From an uncultured Acidobacteriota bacterium (GTDB lineage: Bacteria; Acidobacteriota; Blastocatellia; RBC074), in NCBI GenBank assembly GCA_902825875.1, contig CADECP010000005.1, positions 50,168-114,167 of the forward strand: a DNA stretch of 64,000 bases. The letters run 5' to 3'. Within the stretch, counting starts at the first letter, position 1; every line of letters begins with the position of its first letter. Positions 18,906 through 28,873 of this stretch are shown piece by piece. The translations under genes were made by a program, and so were the position numbers. The notes under the pieces are model-generated. The model worked only from the letters and a program-made list of their open reading frames with translations, did no database searches and was not told the DNA's origin.

Positions 18906-20246
18906 TCAGGCGTAATCGGCTTGGGAGTATGGTTTGGGAATTGGCGAATCCACCAATCGCAACAATGAGTACACGCTCAACGCGCGTTCGGCCATCTGCG
19001 TCGAAGAGTAATGTTCGCGGACGTTTGCTGCTCCTTGCCGAGCCAGATCATTGGCAAGTTCAGGGTTTTTCCAAAGCGAATAAATGGCATCGGCCAACGC
19101 GGCGACATTGCCCGGTTCAAATAATAACCCACCATTGGTTCGTTCGATGATTTCGGTGAATGAACCGTGGCGAGGTTGCACGACTGGGACACCGCTGGCC
19201 ATGGCTTCGAGTACGGACAAACCTTTCGCTTCGACATAAGTCGTCGGGATGGAAATTACGTCTACGTTTTGAAAGAAATTGAGCTTGGATTCGCGCTCCA
19301 AAGCGCCGTGATAATGAAACTCGCCGGCCAAACCGGCTTCGCGCATTTCCCGCTCAATCTTTTGCAAATAGTGTTTGTGTTCCGGCGCCAGATAACCTGC
19401 GACCTCAAGCTGCGCAGGTGCAAAATCTCCTCGCCGTCTCAGCAGCCGGTAGGCTTCGGCCAGCACATGCAAACCTTTTTCCGGCGCGATGCGCGCGAAA
19501 TATCCAACACGAAACACTTCATTGCTGGTTAGTTGTTTCGGTTTGTACTCTTTCAAGTTGATGCCCAGCGGCACGACATGAATTTTGCTGCGCGGGATTT
19601 TCAGGTAGTCGGCCATGAAGTCGGCGTAATAATCGCTGACCGCCAGAAAAGCATCCACGTATTGCGAATGTTCGTGAATCAGACTGAGCGCCTGGCTGCG
19701 ATACGGTTCGCGCATTCCGTCAAGAAACAAATCTTCACCTTGCAACGTGCAGCAAATCGGACTACCTGTCGCTTCTTTGACGGGTTTGGCCAACCCGATC
19801 AACATCGAATTCTGCATATCCACAACATCGGGAGCGCCATCAAACGGGTCGGTTTTCAGCCAATCAGTCAGCTTGGCAATTTCTTTTCGTTGATTGCCGT
19901 GTTCACCTTTCAAAATCGAAAGCGTCATTTCACAGAGCGAATCCGGGTCAACGGCGATGGAACGTTTTGACGCGGCTTTGAGCGCGAACGACGAATCCCA
20001 CAACTTATCCAACCAGCGCGGTGTGTGACGAAAAAGTGCCGAGTGCTGTTCCAGATACACACTGATTCCACCAAAGAAGACCTTCTCGCTGCTGACGCTG
20101 GGTTCGTCGGTCAGCGGCGGGGTATACAACGGCTGCAACGTGACTTCGTGCCCTTGCCGCAACAACTCCGAGGCAAGCGCATTGTCCCGCAAACAACTGC
20201 CGCAATACATTCCAGCGGCTCCGGCTGTCAGGTACAGAATCTTCAT
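18906..20246 (-). CDS. Glycosyltransferase family 4 (GT-B, glycosyl transferase group 1)
   Basis: MKILYLT...GHEV N-domain and C-terminal EAKGLSVLEAMASGVPVV plus FEPGN (E-x7-E region). Start at MKILY (AGGTGA upstream). Unusual GMYCGSC in the first loop. Confidence 0.8.
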   Translation of the reverse strand: MKILYLTAGAAGMYCGSCLRDNALASELLRQGHEVTLQPLYTPPLTDEPSVSSEKVFFGGISVYLEQHSALFRHTPRWLDKLWDSSFALKAASKRSIAVDPDSLCEMTLSILKGEHGNQRKEIAKLTDWLKTDPFDGAPDVVDMQNSMLIGLAKPVKEATGSPICCTLQGEDLFLDGMREPYRSQALSLIHEHSQYVDAFLAVSDYYADFMADYLKIPRSKIHVVPLGINLKEYKPKQLTSNEVFRVGYFARIAPEKGLHVLAEAYRLLRRRGDFAPAQLEVAGYLAPEHKHYLQKIEREMREAGLAGEFHYHGALERESKLNFFQNVDVISIPTTYVEAKGLSVLEAMASGVPVVQPRHGSFTEIIERTNGGLLFEPGNVAALADAIYSLWKNPELANDLARQGAANVREHYSSTQMAERALSVYSLLRLVDSPIPKPYSQADYA

Positions 20247-20261
20247 AAAACTATTTATCAC

Positions 20262-20615
20262 CTACTGCAGGCCCAGAAGTTTTCTTTTCATTGATCTAGG
20301 GGACTGCCAGTAGCTCATTCCAGGTGGAATGCGCGGATTACGGGGAGGCGGGTACTGTTTCCGTAGTATTGCAAAAACGTTTTGAGTCAATTTGAGAGCG
20401 TCTTTATCATCTCCTACCCTGTCTTTCTGGGCCTCTAGCCAATGTGCGACATAGGTCGAAAAATTAGGGTGTGTGTTACCGTAAGCCTCAACCGACCTCC
20501 AATAGTGTCCTTCAATGAGCATCAAAGTTGCCCGCGCACGCTCCTCATCTGTTGTTGCGTTGTCATACATCGTCGAAGCTTGGTCTTTAAGCTTTTCCCG
20601 CTCGCAGTAATCCAT
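20262..20615 (-). CDS. Hypothetical protein, GC-poor gene embedded in operon
   Basis: 117-aa ORF abutting the GT4 start. Local GC clearly lower than flanks. No recognisable motif. Confidence 0.4.
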   Translation of the reverse strand: MDYCEREKLKDQASTMYDNATTDEERARATLMLIEGHYWRSVEAYGNTHPNFSTYVAHWLEAQKDRVGDDKDALKLTQNVFAILRKQYPPPRNPRIPPGMSYWQSPRSMKRKLLGLQ

Positions 20616-20676
20616 AAGAAACTTCTCCGCTTATCACAATTGAGCAAAAACTGATTGGACACTACAGCTTGACCAG

Positions 20677-22101
20677 TCAAGCTGTCATCGCGCGTTGAAA
20701 CGCTCGCCGTGCGTACAAATGTTCGAACAAATTGCCTTCGTGCGGTTGATCCCAGGCGATCTTCATCGTCGGAATCGCGCCTATGTTCAGGCGATCTACG
20801 TGCGAAGAATTCACCAACCGATTGATAAGCTTCAGGTCTTTGGTGATTGCCGTCACCACCAGCGAAGGCCCAAAGGCTTCGGGCATTTGTTCGGGTTTGA
20901 CTTCGACTACGCTGGCAAACGGGAACAGGAATTCTCGATTGGCCAGCGGGTGTTCCGGGCTTTCAACGTGAACGATGGTCGGCAGTAAGTACGTCGCGCC
21001 GTCAACTTCTACCAGGCGTTCGCCGCGAACTTTCGCCGAAACATCGGTCGCGCCCGATTCGCGCAAACCGGAATCCACGATCCCTGAAATGCGTTTGGCA
21101 ATGTCGGCATTGGCAAACGGAGCCAACAAAGCTTCGGGGTCTTCGGCGTCGCGCGGAACGATTTTGGCAACTCGTTCGGCCACAGCCTGAGCAATCTCTT
21201 TTCCGTGCCGAGTCACCCAAACGCCCGAAGCATTGATACAAGATCGTCCGCCGTTTTCCGTGATCGAAGCGACCATGACATCCAGGTATTTTTCCCAATC
21301 GTCCACCACGTCATCACCGAGCACGACTTTGCTGTAACCGGTTCCGTGCAATTCAACGCGAGAATCGCTGGCGTATTTTCCGACCGTAGACGAATCGCCA
21401 AAAAACATTCCGCGTCCGCACGATTGCAAGATCGCGCCCGCTCCGCCGTGATCCGCCGGGTAATAACCGAAAGCTTCTTTCGGTACGCCTGCTTTGATCA
21501 GAGCCTGAGCAATTCGATACGGCGACCAAGGCTCGCTGCTGCCGGGTTTCAAAACCAGCGGCACTTTCATCGCAATCGAAGGAATCCATAAGCTGTGAAC
21601 TCCCGGCGAATTGCTTGGCAAAATCACGCCGAGCGAATTTGTGCGCGGAAAGAAACTGACCGAGTGGCCTTCGTGAGTACCAAACCCATCATCCAGAATT
21701 TTCAGATCAATGCCGCGCGTCAGCCCGTCGAGCACGGATTTCATTTCCGCCATCACGCCGCTGATCTTGCTCATGTTTTTGCGAACCAGCACGTGCGGCA
21801 TTCCAGTTGTTGCCGACAACTGGCGAACGTAATCATCCGGCGTTTGCGATTCGTCACCGACCGGCAAGGTGTCGTTCATAAAATAATCCGCAGCCTGACG
21901 ACACATCGCTATCAACCGATCGGTCGTGAAGGCCGCCAGCATCGCCTGAATAGAGTCCAGGTCGCGCAAATCGCGCCGGATCAATCCGGCATTCGCCTGA
22001 CTGAGTTCAACAAACGTTTCGCGCGTTCGGAAATGCGGCACGCGCGAAACATCAACACTTTTATAAGAATTGCCTTTGCGAAGAATGGGTATGTGAAGCA
22101 T
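20677..22101 (-). CDS. ALDH-superfamily protein, LuxC-like acyl-CoA reductase
   Basis: About 475 aa. Architecture and motifs resemble LuxC/ALDH (ILPSNSPG..., catalytic-Cys region ITENGGRSCINASG). Start set at MLHIPIL to avoid a 14-nt overlap. Confidence 0.7.
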   Translation of the reverse strand: MLHIPILRKGNSYKSVDVSRVPHFRTRETFVELSQANAGLIRRDLRDLDSIQAMLAAFTTDRLIAMCRQAADYFMNDTLPVGDESQTPDDYVRQLSATTGMPHVLVRKNMSKISGVMAEMKSVLDGLTRGIDLKILDDGFGTHEGHSVSFFPRTNSLGVILPSNSPGVHSLWIPSIAMKVPLVLKPGSSEPWSPYRIAQALIKAGVPKEAFGYYPADHGGAGAILQSCGRGMFFGDSSTVGKYASDSRVELHGTGYSKVVLGDDVVDDWEKYLDVMVASITENGGRSCINASGVWVTRHGKEIAQAVAERVAKIVPRDAEDPEALLAPFANADIAKRISGIVDSGLRESGATDVSAKVRGERLVEVDGATYLLPTIVHVESPEHPLANREFLFPFASVVEVKPEQMPEAFGPSLVVTAITKDLKLINRLVNSSHVDRLNIGAIPTMKIAWDQPHEGNLFEHLYARRAFQRAMTA

Positions 22102-22108
22102 TGCGTTC

Positions 22109-23134
22109 TTAAATTTCCTCATCTGTTGTTTCTCTTAGGTACTCATTAATCAGAGATTCGACAACATAAAAGTTAAAACCACTTTGGTAATGAAGTCTGT
22201 AGAAGTTAACAATATCCGCAATTTCGTATAGCAACTGCATTGACTTCGGCAACTGGCCAATTTCGCGAAAACCAAAGCCGCTGTTAATACCACAACTTTC
22301 AATAACCTTTTCTTTTAAGTGCTCCAGCGCAGCAACTCTCCTGCCTTCCAATCCCATAATTTCGCTCAGCAGTGGCAGCGTCTGAGCAGCTTGCTCACAA
22401 AGATTCCTGAAATAGGTTTGACTGAACATCTCCAAACGAAGCAACTCAAGAAACTTTTCTCGCACATAAAAATGCACTTTCTCCGCATAGCGAACCCCAA
22501 GAGCTTTGATCTTTATCAGTTCTTGCACATCAACCAAGTCTTTTTGCCTTTGTGGATTTGTCATGCCAGAGGCAAGTTTCAAGCTGATGAGGTTATCAAG
22601 CGTAAGTGTTTTAACCTGATTAATGACAATGCTCGCTGTTCCAGGAATCGGAAAGCTAATGGGTTTTACTTCTCCATCTCCGGGATACTCACCCGCGGTG
22701 ATGATTTCAATTGGAACGTTCCTTAAAATCTCGCGGAAAGTTTTCTTCGCTCCCTTGAACTTTTCCACATATCCAAGCCCGACAAGTTCTTGATGAAATT
22801 TCTCAAGCCCTTCTTTTGTCATCAGCAAGTCTATATCCGAGGTAAAACGTGGATAACCATGTTGATTCAAGGCGACAGCACCAATCACGGCGTAATCAAT
22901 CCCATGTTTTTCCAAGTCTGCAACAAGTTTTTTTAGAGTTTCGTTCAGCATGCCTTTGCCCTCAAAGAAATCCAGCCCTTCTTCGTACGTCAACACCGGT
23001 GACAACAAGACCTGTTGAAAATCTGTTCCGCGTTGAAAGCTTTGTACAGCACTCATAACAAACTGCTTGCTCTGGAAAAAGGTTTTACAAAATCCATGAT
23101 CGGGAAAATTTGACGGCGAAACGATACCGGGCAT
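22109..23134 (-). CDS. Nucleotidyltransferase-fold protein (MNT/NTP_transf-like), GC-poor
   Basis: GAVALNQHGYPRFTSDIDLLM = G[SA]x9-13Dh[DE]h nucleotidyltransferase signature. Gene is about 45% GC by eye. Confidence 0.55.
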   Translation of the reverse strand: MPGIVSPSNFPDHGFCKTFFQSKQFVMSAVQSFQRGTDFQQVLLSPVLTYEEGLDFFEGKGMLNETLKKLVADLEKHGIDYAVIGAVALNQHGYPRFTSDIDLLMTKEGLEKFHQELVGLGYVEKFKGAKKTFREILRNVPIEIITAGEYPGDGEVKPISFPIPGTASIVINQVKTLTLDNLISLKLASGMTNPQRQKDLVDVQELIKIKALGVRYAEKVHFYVREKFLELLRLEMFSQTYFRNLCEQAAQTLPLLSEIMGLEGRRVAALEHLKEKVIESCGINSGFGFREIGQLPKSMQLLYEIADIVNFYRLHYQSGFNFYVVESLINEYLRETTDEEI

Positions 23135-23224
23135 CGCGCGTTTTCACAATCTCGTTGAGTCTAGGCTGGAAAACGAAAAGCGCGGCTGAGGAGGCGCTTT
23201 TCTCATCTTATCGGCAGAACCGGT

Positions 23225-24259
23225 TCAGGATTCAGCGCGAACAGGGTCTTCGACAATGTCGCCTGTGGGTGCGTGTTTCGGGAAAACTTCAGGAATGTCG
23301 AAGGGTTCTTGCGGAGCACGCCAGTTGTCCAGCATCGCCACTTGCTGGACGCAAGCGATGGTGCAGAATTTGGCGCAGGGTTTTTCCGACCGGAATTCAT
23401 GTTCAATATGTTCGCGCGTGTATTCTGCCAGCGGGATTCCAGGATAGCCGCGCTGTTGCGAGCAGTAATGCACAAGGCCGTCTTCGCAAATGTACAGGTA
23501 ACGTGCTCCGGCTCGGCAGCGCCAGTTGTGCGGACGCCCGTGAGCAAGATTGTCTTGAAACTGATTCAACCAGCCGAATTTCTTTTTGCCGAATCGGCGA
23601 AGCTTTTGATAAACCACTTCTTCCCTGCCACTCAACGGTTTCAACTGGCCGCTGTGGTCGTGAATGATGCCCAGCGTCGAACCGAAGCCGAGTTCGACCG
23701 CGCGTTCGGAAACCGTCACCGCATCTTCCGGATTTTGAATGCCACCGCCAATCACCGAATTGATATTGATGTGAAACTTGGCGTATTTCGACAGGTTGAC
23801 CAGATAGCGGTCAATCACCTTCAAGCTTTTCTGCGAAACCTTGTCCGGTTTGACGTTATCAATGCTGATTTGCAGGTATTCCAATCCGGCTTGATTGAGC
23901 TTTTCGATGTTTTCACGGGTCATGTAATACCCGTTGCTGATAAGCCCCGCGATCATTCCGTGAGACCGAATGTGGGTGATGATGTCGAAAATCTGCGGAT
24001 GCAACATCGGCTCGCCGCCGCTGATGGTAATGGTAGTTGTGCCGAACGAAGCCAGTTTGTCCAACCGTCGCTTCATTTCTTCAAACGGCACTGGGTCAGA
24101 AGTCTTGTCGTATTCGTTGCAATATCCACAGGCCAGATTGCATCGGCGCATTGGGATGACGTGCGCCAAAATCGGGTGACTGGTCGAAGCCAGTCCTTTG
24201 GCAACGAGTTTTGCTTCGCGCAGAGTTCGGCTCAGTTTGCTGCTGCTTAAGTCTGTCAT
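23225..24259 (-). CDS. Radical SAM protein with C-terminal SPASM/twitch-like Cys-rich domain
   Basis: CNLACGYC (CxxxCxxC), then the glycine-rich segment [11 protein letters not shown]-terminal [20 protein letters not shown]...CAKFCTIAC. Confidence 0.8.
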   Translation of the reverse strand: MTDLSSSKLSRTLREAKLVAKGLASTSHPILAHVIPMRRCNLACGYCNEYDKTSDPVPFEEMKRRLDKLASFGTTTITISGGEPMLHPQIFDIITHIRSHGMIAGLISNGYYMTRENIEKLNQAGLEYLQISIDNVKPDKVSQKSLKVIDRYLVNLSKYAKFHININSVIGGGIQNPEDAVTVSERAVELGFGSTLGIIHDHSGQLKPLSGREEVVYQKLRRFGKKKFGWLNQFQDNLAHGRPHNWRCRAGARYLYICEDGLVHYCSQQRGYPGIPLAEYTREHIEHEFRSEKPCAKFCTIACVQQVAMLDNWRAPQEPFDIPEVFPKHAPTGDIVEDPVRAES

Positions 24260-24348
24260 TGAAAGTCCATTGGTACGGATGAAGTACCTGCCTCCTGATT
24301 ACACAAAGTCGCTCCAAGTCGTCGTGGACAAGATTAGCGAAATTGGCG

Positions 24349-24384
24349 AAAAGGACGAGCTTTTATGAACTCGTCCTTTTCGCA
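24349..24384. terminator. Hairpin aaaggacgagc-N9-gctcgtccttt with T-rich tail (terminator for LolA-like gene / insulator before radical SAM operon)
   Basis: Seen directly between 24259 and 24423. Confidence 0.4.
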
Positions 24385-24422
24385 ACCGTTGAGTTATTTT
24401 TGAATCGTAAAGATGTGGTGGA

Positions 24423-25121
24423 TTACAGCTTGTCTATGATTTTCGTGCCGCCCGGCAGATTGATGACAAACGCCGAATCGGCAATGTTCGTGTTGACCTG
24501 CGTATTTTTCAGCGAAATGACGGTGTAATCGCCGTTGCGTTCGACCATCTTCCACTGCACAGGCAATCCGCTTTGCGAAACCCAGATGTCAATCGAAGTA
24601 AAATCGCTCTTGGTTTTCGGAGTCAGCCGCAGAATTGTCGCCATCTGTCCACTCACTTGAGCATCGCCTGCGATGTCCATGTTGTAACTGTTGAGCAATG
24701 CTCGCAGTGAACCATCCAAACCGACCAAATTGGCGGCAGTTTTGCCTTTGGTGGCTTTGCTGACCGTGCTTTTCATCGCCTGATTCAGCTTCGGTTCGTA
24801 AAACGTGAAGCTTTCGCCGATCACCGACAATGTCTTGATGCCGGGTTTGGTGTAATCAATCCGCAGCTTGCCTTTGTCTTTGCCGACACCCGGTTTGTAA
24901 ATCAACATGCCGTAATCGGAATCCTTGCTGCCGATTTGCGGATTCACTTTTTCCTGAACCAATTCGGCTTTCAGGCTTTTCATTTGTTTGTGGGCAGTCT
25001 CCATCTTGTTGAGAATGCCTGTGAGAATCTGGGGCGATGCTTTGACATCAAAAACCGGCTTCGCTCCGACCAGAGTCAGAACCAGACCGGTAATCAGCGC
25101 CAATGTCATAAATTTTTTCAT
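24423..25121 (-). CDS. LolA-like outer-membrane lipoprotein carrier/sorting protein
   Basis: Signal peptide, about 230 aa, beta-rich with LolA-like length and pattern. In a cluster with an ABC ATPase plus FtsX permease. Confidence 0.6.
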   Translation of the reverse strand: MKKFMTLALITGLVLTLVGAKPVFDVKASPQILTGILNKMETAHKQMKSLKAELVQEKVNPQIGSKDSDYGMLIYKPGVGKDKGKLRIDYTKPGIKTLSVIGESFTFYEPKLNQAMKSTVSKATKGKTAANLVGLDGSLRALLNSYNMDIAGDAQVSGQMATILRLTPKTKSDFTSIDIWVSQSGLPVQWKMVERNGDYTVISLKNTQVNTNIADSAFVINLPGGTKIIDKL

Positions 25122-25171
25122 TCGTTACTTCTCCATCTCCGTATGGCTTTCAGGTTACAACCGCTGGACTT

Positions 25172-25573
25172 TTATTTGATCCAGACCTTATAGCCGTTGC
25201 CCCGCGTTTGCGGGTTGATAAAGGGTTCGTATTTGCTGACGCTTACATCCTGATTGAGTTTGTCGCTCAGAAAAAGCGAAAGAGCTTCCTGTGGCGCATT
25301 CAAAATCAACTCAGCCTTGTTCAGCCTGTTCAAAAAAAACTGCAATTCGGCAACAGGGACCTCCTGAACCGTTTCGCCCGGCTTCGATGCCGAAACCGGA
25401 CGTTCATTTGCCCTGACGGTTTTGATACTTTCGCGGTCACGGTCGCCGAAGTATTCGCTGGGAACCAAAAATATCGTGCCAATAATCAACGCGCAAAGAA
25501 CGTCGTATTGCCAGGTTCCGCGCTCATGCGACCAGAGTATGATGTTTTTGATTTCCACGAATAACGATTTCAT
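25172..25573 (-). CDS. Hypothetical small membrane protein
   Basis: Start taken at MKSLFVEIKN. One TM segment (VLCALIIGTIFLV). Confidence 0.45.
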   Translation of the reverse strand: MKSLFVEIKNIILWSHERGTWQYDVLCALIIGTIFLVPSEYFGDRDRESIKTVRANERPVSASKPGETVQEVPVAELQFFLNRLNKAELILNAPQEALSLFLSDKLNQDVSVSKYEPFINPQTRGNGYKVWIK

Positions 25574-25616
25574 CTCACATCTTCTCTGCAATTCAGCAAG
25601 GTTGCGACGACAATTG

Positions 25617-26300
25617 TCATTTTTCGCCGACAATCATTCCGTCGCGCATGTGAACCGTTCTGGCGGCCACCGCAGCGGCTTCGGGATTGTGCGTAATCAT
25701 GACGATTGTCTGATTCAGTTCGCGATTGAGCTTTTGCAACATCTCCAAAACGATTTCGGAATTTTCCGAATCCAGATTCCCTGTCGGCTCGTCGGCCAAA
25801 ATGATCGCCGGACGAGTAATGATTGCTCTCGCTATGGCGACTCGTTGTTGTTCTCCACCTGAAAGCTCTAAAGGCTTGTGCCGCATTTTATTTTCGAGCC
25901 GCAATAACCGCAAGACTTCGCGGCGTACCTCTTCGTCCACAACCTTTTTTCCGTTGCCGTGAATTTGTTCGGCCAATCGCAAATTGCCTTCGGCGGTCAG
26001 GGTTGGAAACAGGTTGAACCGCTGGAACACAAATCCAATCTTGCGGCGGCGAGTGTCTGTTCGCTCAGCGTCGGTCATTCCGGCCATGTCTTCATTATCA
26101 ACGATCACCTTGCCCGAAGTCGGTTTCAGCAAGCCGCCCAAAATGTGCAGCATAGTGGATTTGCCGCATCCCGAAGGCCCCATAATTGAGACGAACTCGC
26201 CACGCCCAACCGACAAATTGACTCCGCGCAGCGCGTTCACGTCCACTCTGCCGACGCGATAAGTCATCACCAAATTTTCAGTTTTTAGAATTGCGTCCAT
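25617..26300 (-). CDS. ABC transporter ATP-binding protein (LolD/MacB/FtsE-like)
   Basis: Walker [11 protein letters not shown]-loop, signature [14 protein letters not shown], Walker [13 protein letters not shown]-loop ITHN. Confidence 0.9.
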   Translation of the reverse strand: MDAILKTENLVMTYRVGRVDVNALRGVNLSVGRGEFVSIMGPSGCGKSTMLHILGGLLKPTSGKVIVDNEDMAGMTDAERTDTRRRKIGFVFQRFNLFPTLTAEGNLRLAEQIHGNGKKVVDEEVRREVLRLLRLENKMRHKPLELSGGEQQRVAIARAIITRPAIILADEPTGNLDSENSEIVLEMLQKLNRELNQTIVMITHNPEAAAVAARTVHMRDGMIVGEK

Positions 26301-26387
26301 AAAAGTTCACAGTTCTCAGTTCGCGGTTCACAGCTTTGGCAATTGCTCAGGTTCGGGATTCAACTGCGAACTGCCAACAGCGAACTC

Positions 26388-27482
26388 TTATTCGTAAGAC
26401 AAAGCCTGTACCGCGTCTTTGTTCGCCGCTCGAATCGCCGGATAAAGCGCGCCCAAAGCTCCGGCTCCCAAGCCGATCAAACCGGCGCGCAGAATCCACG
26501 ACCAGGTGAATTCCAGTTGCAGAGTCGTCGCGCGCTCCAGCGCCCAAGCCGCGATCATCGAAATTATCAATCCGACCAAAACTCCAATCAGGCTGATGGT
26601 CAAAGCTTCTTTTTCGATGACGCCGATGATGAAGCCTTTCGACGCTCCCAGCGATTTCAAAATGCCAATTTCGCGTGTGCGCTCGGTAATCGTCGTGTAC
26701 ATCGCCAGCAAAATCACCAGCGCACTGACAATCACCGACAACACCAGCACGGCGCGAACAAAGCCTTTGATACCAGGAATTTCGCGCCCAACACCGACGC
26801 CCAGGTCGCGCGTCAGCAGAATTTCATTACCCGGCAATTCATCCAGAATGCGCTGGCGAACATCATCCTGCTTTTCCGGGTCTTTTACTTTGACCAGAAT
26901 TTCAAAGCACTTGCCTTCGGCGGACAGCGCATTTTGCAACGCGCTGAGCGGCATCTTTATCCTTGATCCAACTTGCGGCGAATAAATTCCCGATACTTTC
27001 TTGGTTTCGCCGAACACTTGAATATCGCTGCCGACCTTTAACTTATTGTGGAGTGCCTTGAATTCGTCAATCATCACTTCCTGATCGGTTTTCGGCGCAT
27101 TGCCTTCAACAACTTTCGCGCCCGTGATCGCCGAATACGACTCGAACTCCACGCCTTCTACAATTTCCATTCCCAAACCGCTGTTGCCGCTTTGAATGTA
27201 ATACCCGACAGGGCTGACCTGTCCGACGCCTTCGATTTTCATCAGCCGATCGGCGTATCGAACGTCAACCGGATTGCTGGACGACGGCGAAAGCATCGCG
27301 CCGCTGCGTCCAAAGCGAATTTCTGCGCCGACACCTCGTTCGCGTTTGATGCGGTCGTTGAGCATTCCTTCGACCAGCCCGGTATTCAAAACAATCAGCA
27401 CCACACCCAAAGCTACGCCGGCCACACTGAGCAGAGTGCGCGTCGGTCGCTGACGAATGTTGGAAGCTACCAGATTGTCCAT
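26388..27482 (-). CDS. ABC transporter permease, FtsX/MacB-type with periplasmic domain (LolC/E-like)
   Basis: N-terminal TM, large periplasmic domain, C-terminal FtsX 3-TM bundle ([12 protein letters not shown]...). Confidence 0.85.
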   Translation of the reverse strand: MDNLVASNIRQRPTRTLLSVAGVALGVVLIVLNTGLVEGMLNDRIKRERGVGAEIRFGRSGAMLSPSSSNPVDVRYADRLMKIEGVGQVSPVGYYIQSGNSGLGMEIVEGVEFESYSAITGAKVVEGNAPKTDQEVMIDEFKALHNKLKVGSDIQVFGETKKVSGIYSPQVGSRIKMPLSALQNALSAEGKCFEILVKVKDPEKQDDVRQRILDELPGNEILLTRDLGVGVGREIPGIKGFVRAVLVLSVIVSALVILLAMYTTITERTREIGILKSLGASKGFIIGVIEKEALTISLIGVLVGLIISMIAAWALERATTLQLEFTWSWILRAGLIGLGAGALGALYPAIRAANKDAVQALSYE

Positions 27483-27500
27483 AAAGTTTTGCGCTCTGAA

Positions 27501-28508
27501 TTACGGCGCAGGCGGTTTGTCCAGATCAACTTCTTTCAGTTTTTCGGTGTTTTCCAGCATGAACGCAGTGGCAGGAAGTTCGGGATCAATTTCAAAGCTC
27601 ATTTCGTTGAACAACAGCCGAGCCGAGTATCCATCGTGCGGGCGACTGACCAGAATCACGCTCGGCCAAAGATCGGCGCTGTTTTCGTTCAGCTTTTTGT
27701 AGTCGGAATAATAGACTTCAGTGGTCAGCGTGCCTTTAACATCAAAAAGCTGCTGGCGGGCGAACCTTAATCCGTTGGTTCGATCAAACCAGAGTCGGCG
27801 AACGATTTTTGAAATCCCCGTCCCCATTCCCGGCACACCAAGTTCGATCTCGGAAATCACATAAAAACTGCGAACAACGCGCGAACCTTTCGGCGCTTTC
27901 GGCGTCGGGTCGGCTTCTTCGACCAACGCTTCTTCCATCAAATAAGTGTAGCGCGAATCATTGACCATCAGCGGGCGCATCATGAGAGCTTCAGTAAAAT
28001 GAAACGGACGCGCCGCCACCAATCCGCTGTTTGCCTTTTCACCGAGCTTTTCACGCCACATGCTGTAATCGGCGTCATTGGTTCCGATCAAAAAGCTTGG
28101 CGATTGTTGGTAAAGAGCGACTTTGAACTTGCTGGATTCCGAAACCATTTCGGCAATTTTGATCTTGCCGATAGGAGCATTAATGATCAGACGAATCTTG
28201 TCCGGTCTCATCAACACCAGATTGGAATCCGTTTCCGGCCAACGTTCGGCAAGCCCAGTATCCTGAAAAACTATGCCGACACGTGTCCTGAGTGATTGAA
28301 GGCCGGCAAACGGCTTCACCTGTTTAACCAGGTCTTCAAAACTGGCATCCGCCAATGGAGTAATAAGTTTAGGAATTGAACGGTCTTTGGTGACGATCAA
28401 ACTTTTACAGGAAGCGCCGAACAAAGACAGTCCGATGACTGCCATCAACACGCCTGCATGCAGAAATTGACGCCTGATTTCCCACCGCAATCGGTCTACT
28501 TGAACCAT
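27501..28508 (-). CDS. Putative lipoprotein (LolB/DUF4292-like?)
   Basis: Signal with LFGASC lipobox-like cysteine, first gene of the ABC cluster. Family assignment weak. Confidence 0.55.
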   Translation of the reverse strand: MVQVDRLRWEIRRQFLHAGVLMAVIGLSLFGASCKSLIVTKDRSIPKLITPLADASFEDLVKQVKPFAGLQSLRTRVGIVFQDTGLAERWPETDSNLVLMRPDKIRLIINAPIGKIKIAEMVSESSKFKVALYQQSPSFLIGTNDADYSMWREKLGEKANSGLVAARPFHFTEALMMRPLMVNDSRYTYLMEEALVEEADPTPKAPKGSRVVRSFYVISEIELGVPGMGTGISKIVRRLWFDRTNGLRFARQQLFDVKGTLTTEVYYSDYKKLNENSADLWPSVILVSRPHDGYSARLLFNEMSFEIDPELPATAFMLENTEKLKEVDLDKPPAP

Positions 28509-28644
28509 AATTCGTATGATGCCTGCTAACCGCTAAAAACAAGGGCGCGAAGCTAACAGATGGTTTTTTGGATGTCAAATTTTGACGACAAGCAGCGAAT
28601 CAAACCGCCAGTCAGTCATCATTCGCCCTGTCGAAGATGCTGGC

Positions 28645-28674
28645 TTGACGCAATTTACGCGCCTCGCGTACACT
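28645..28674 (+). promoter_or_regulatory. Sigma70-like promoter candidate (TTGACG-N18-TACACT) for the GWxTD gene
   Basis: Seen in the divergent intergenic region. Hexamers inferred by eye only. Confidence 0.25.
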
Positions 28675-28873
28675 CCGACTGTCTCTTAAACCTTCCAACT
28701 CGGGTGACATTTTGGAGCTTGATCCGATGTTTCTTTGACTCAGAGTTGAAGATGGCAAACATTCACGGCAAAGACTTTGGCTTTGTTCGTTCTGAATTTG
28801 CCAACTCTGCGGATTTAGCTCAAACATAAAGAAGCAAAACAAGTAGGCCACCTTCGAGAGGAGAAAAGTTGTT

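Noticed and set aside
23273-24250. Plus-strand 325-aa ORF
   Set aside because: Antisense to the radical SAM gene, which has unambiguous CxxxCxxC and SPASM motifs.
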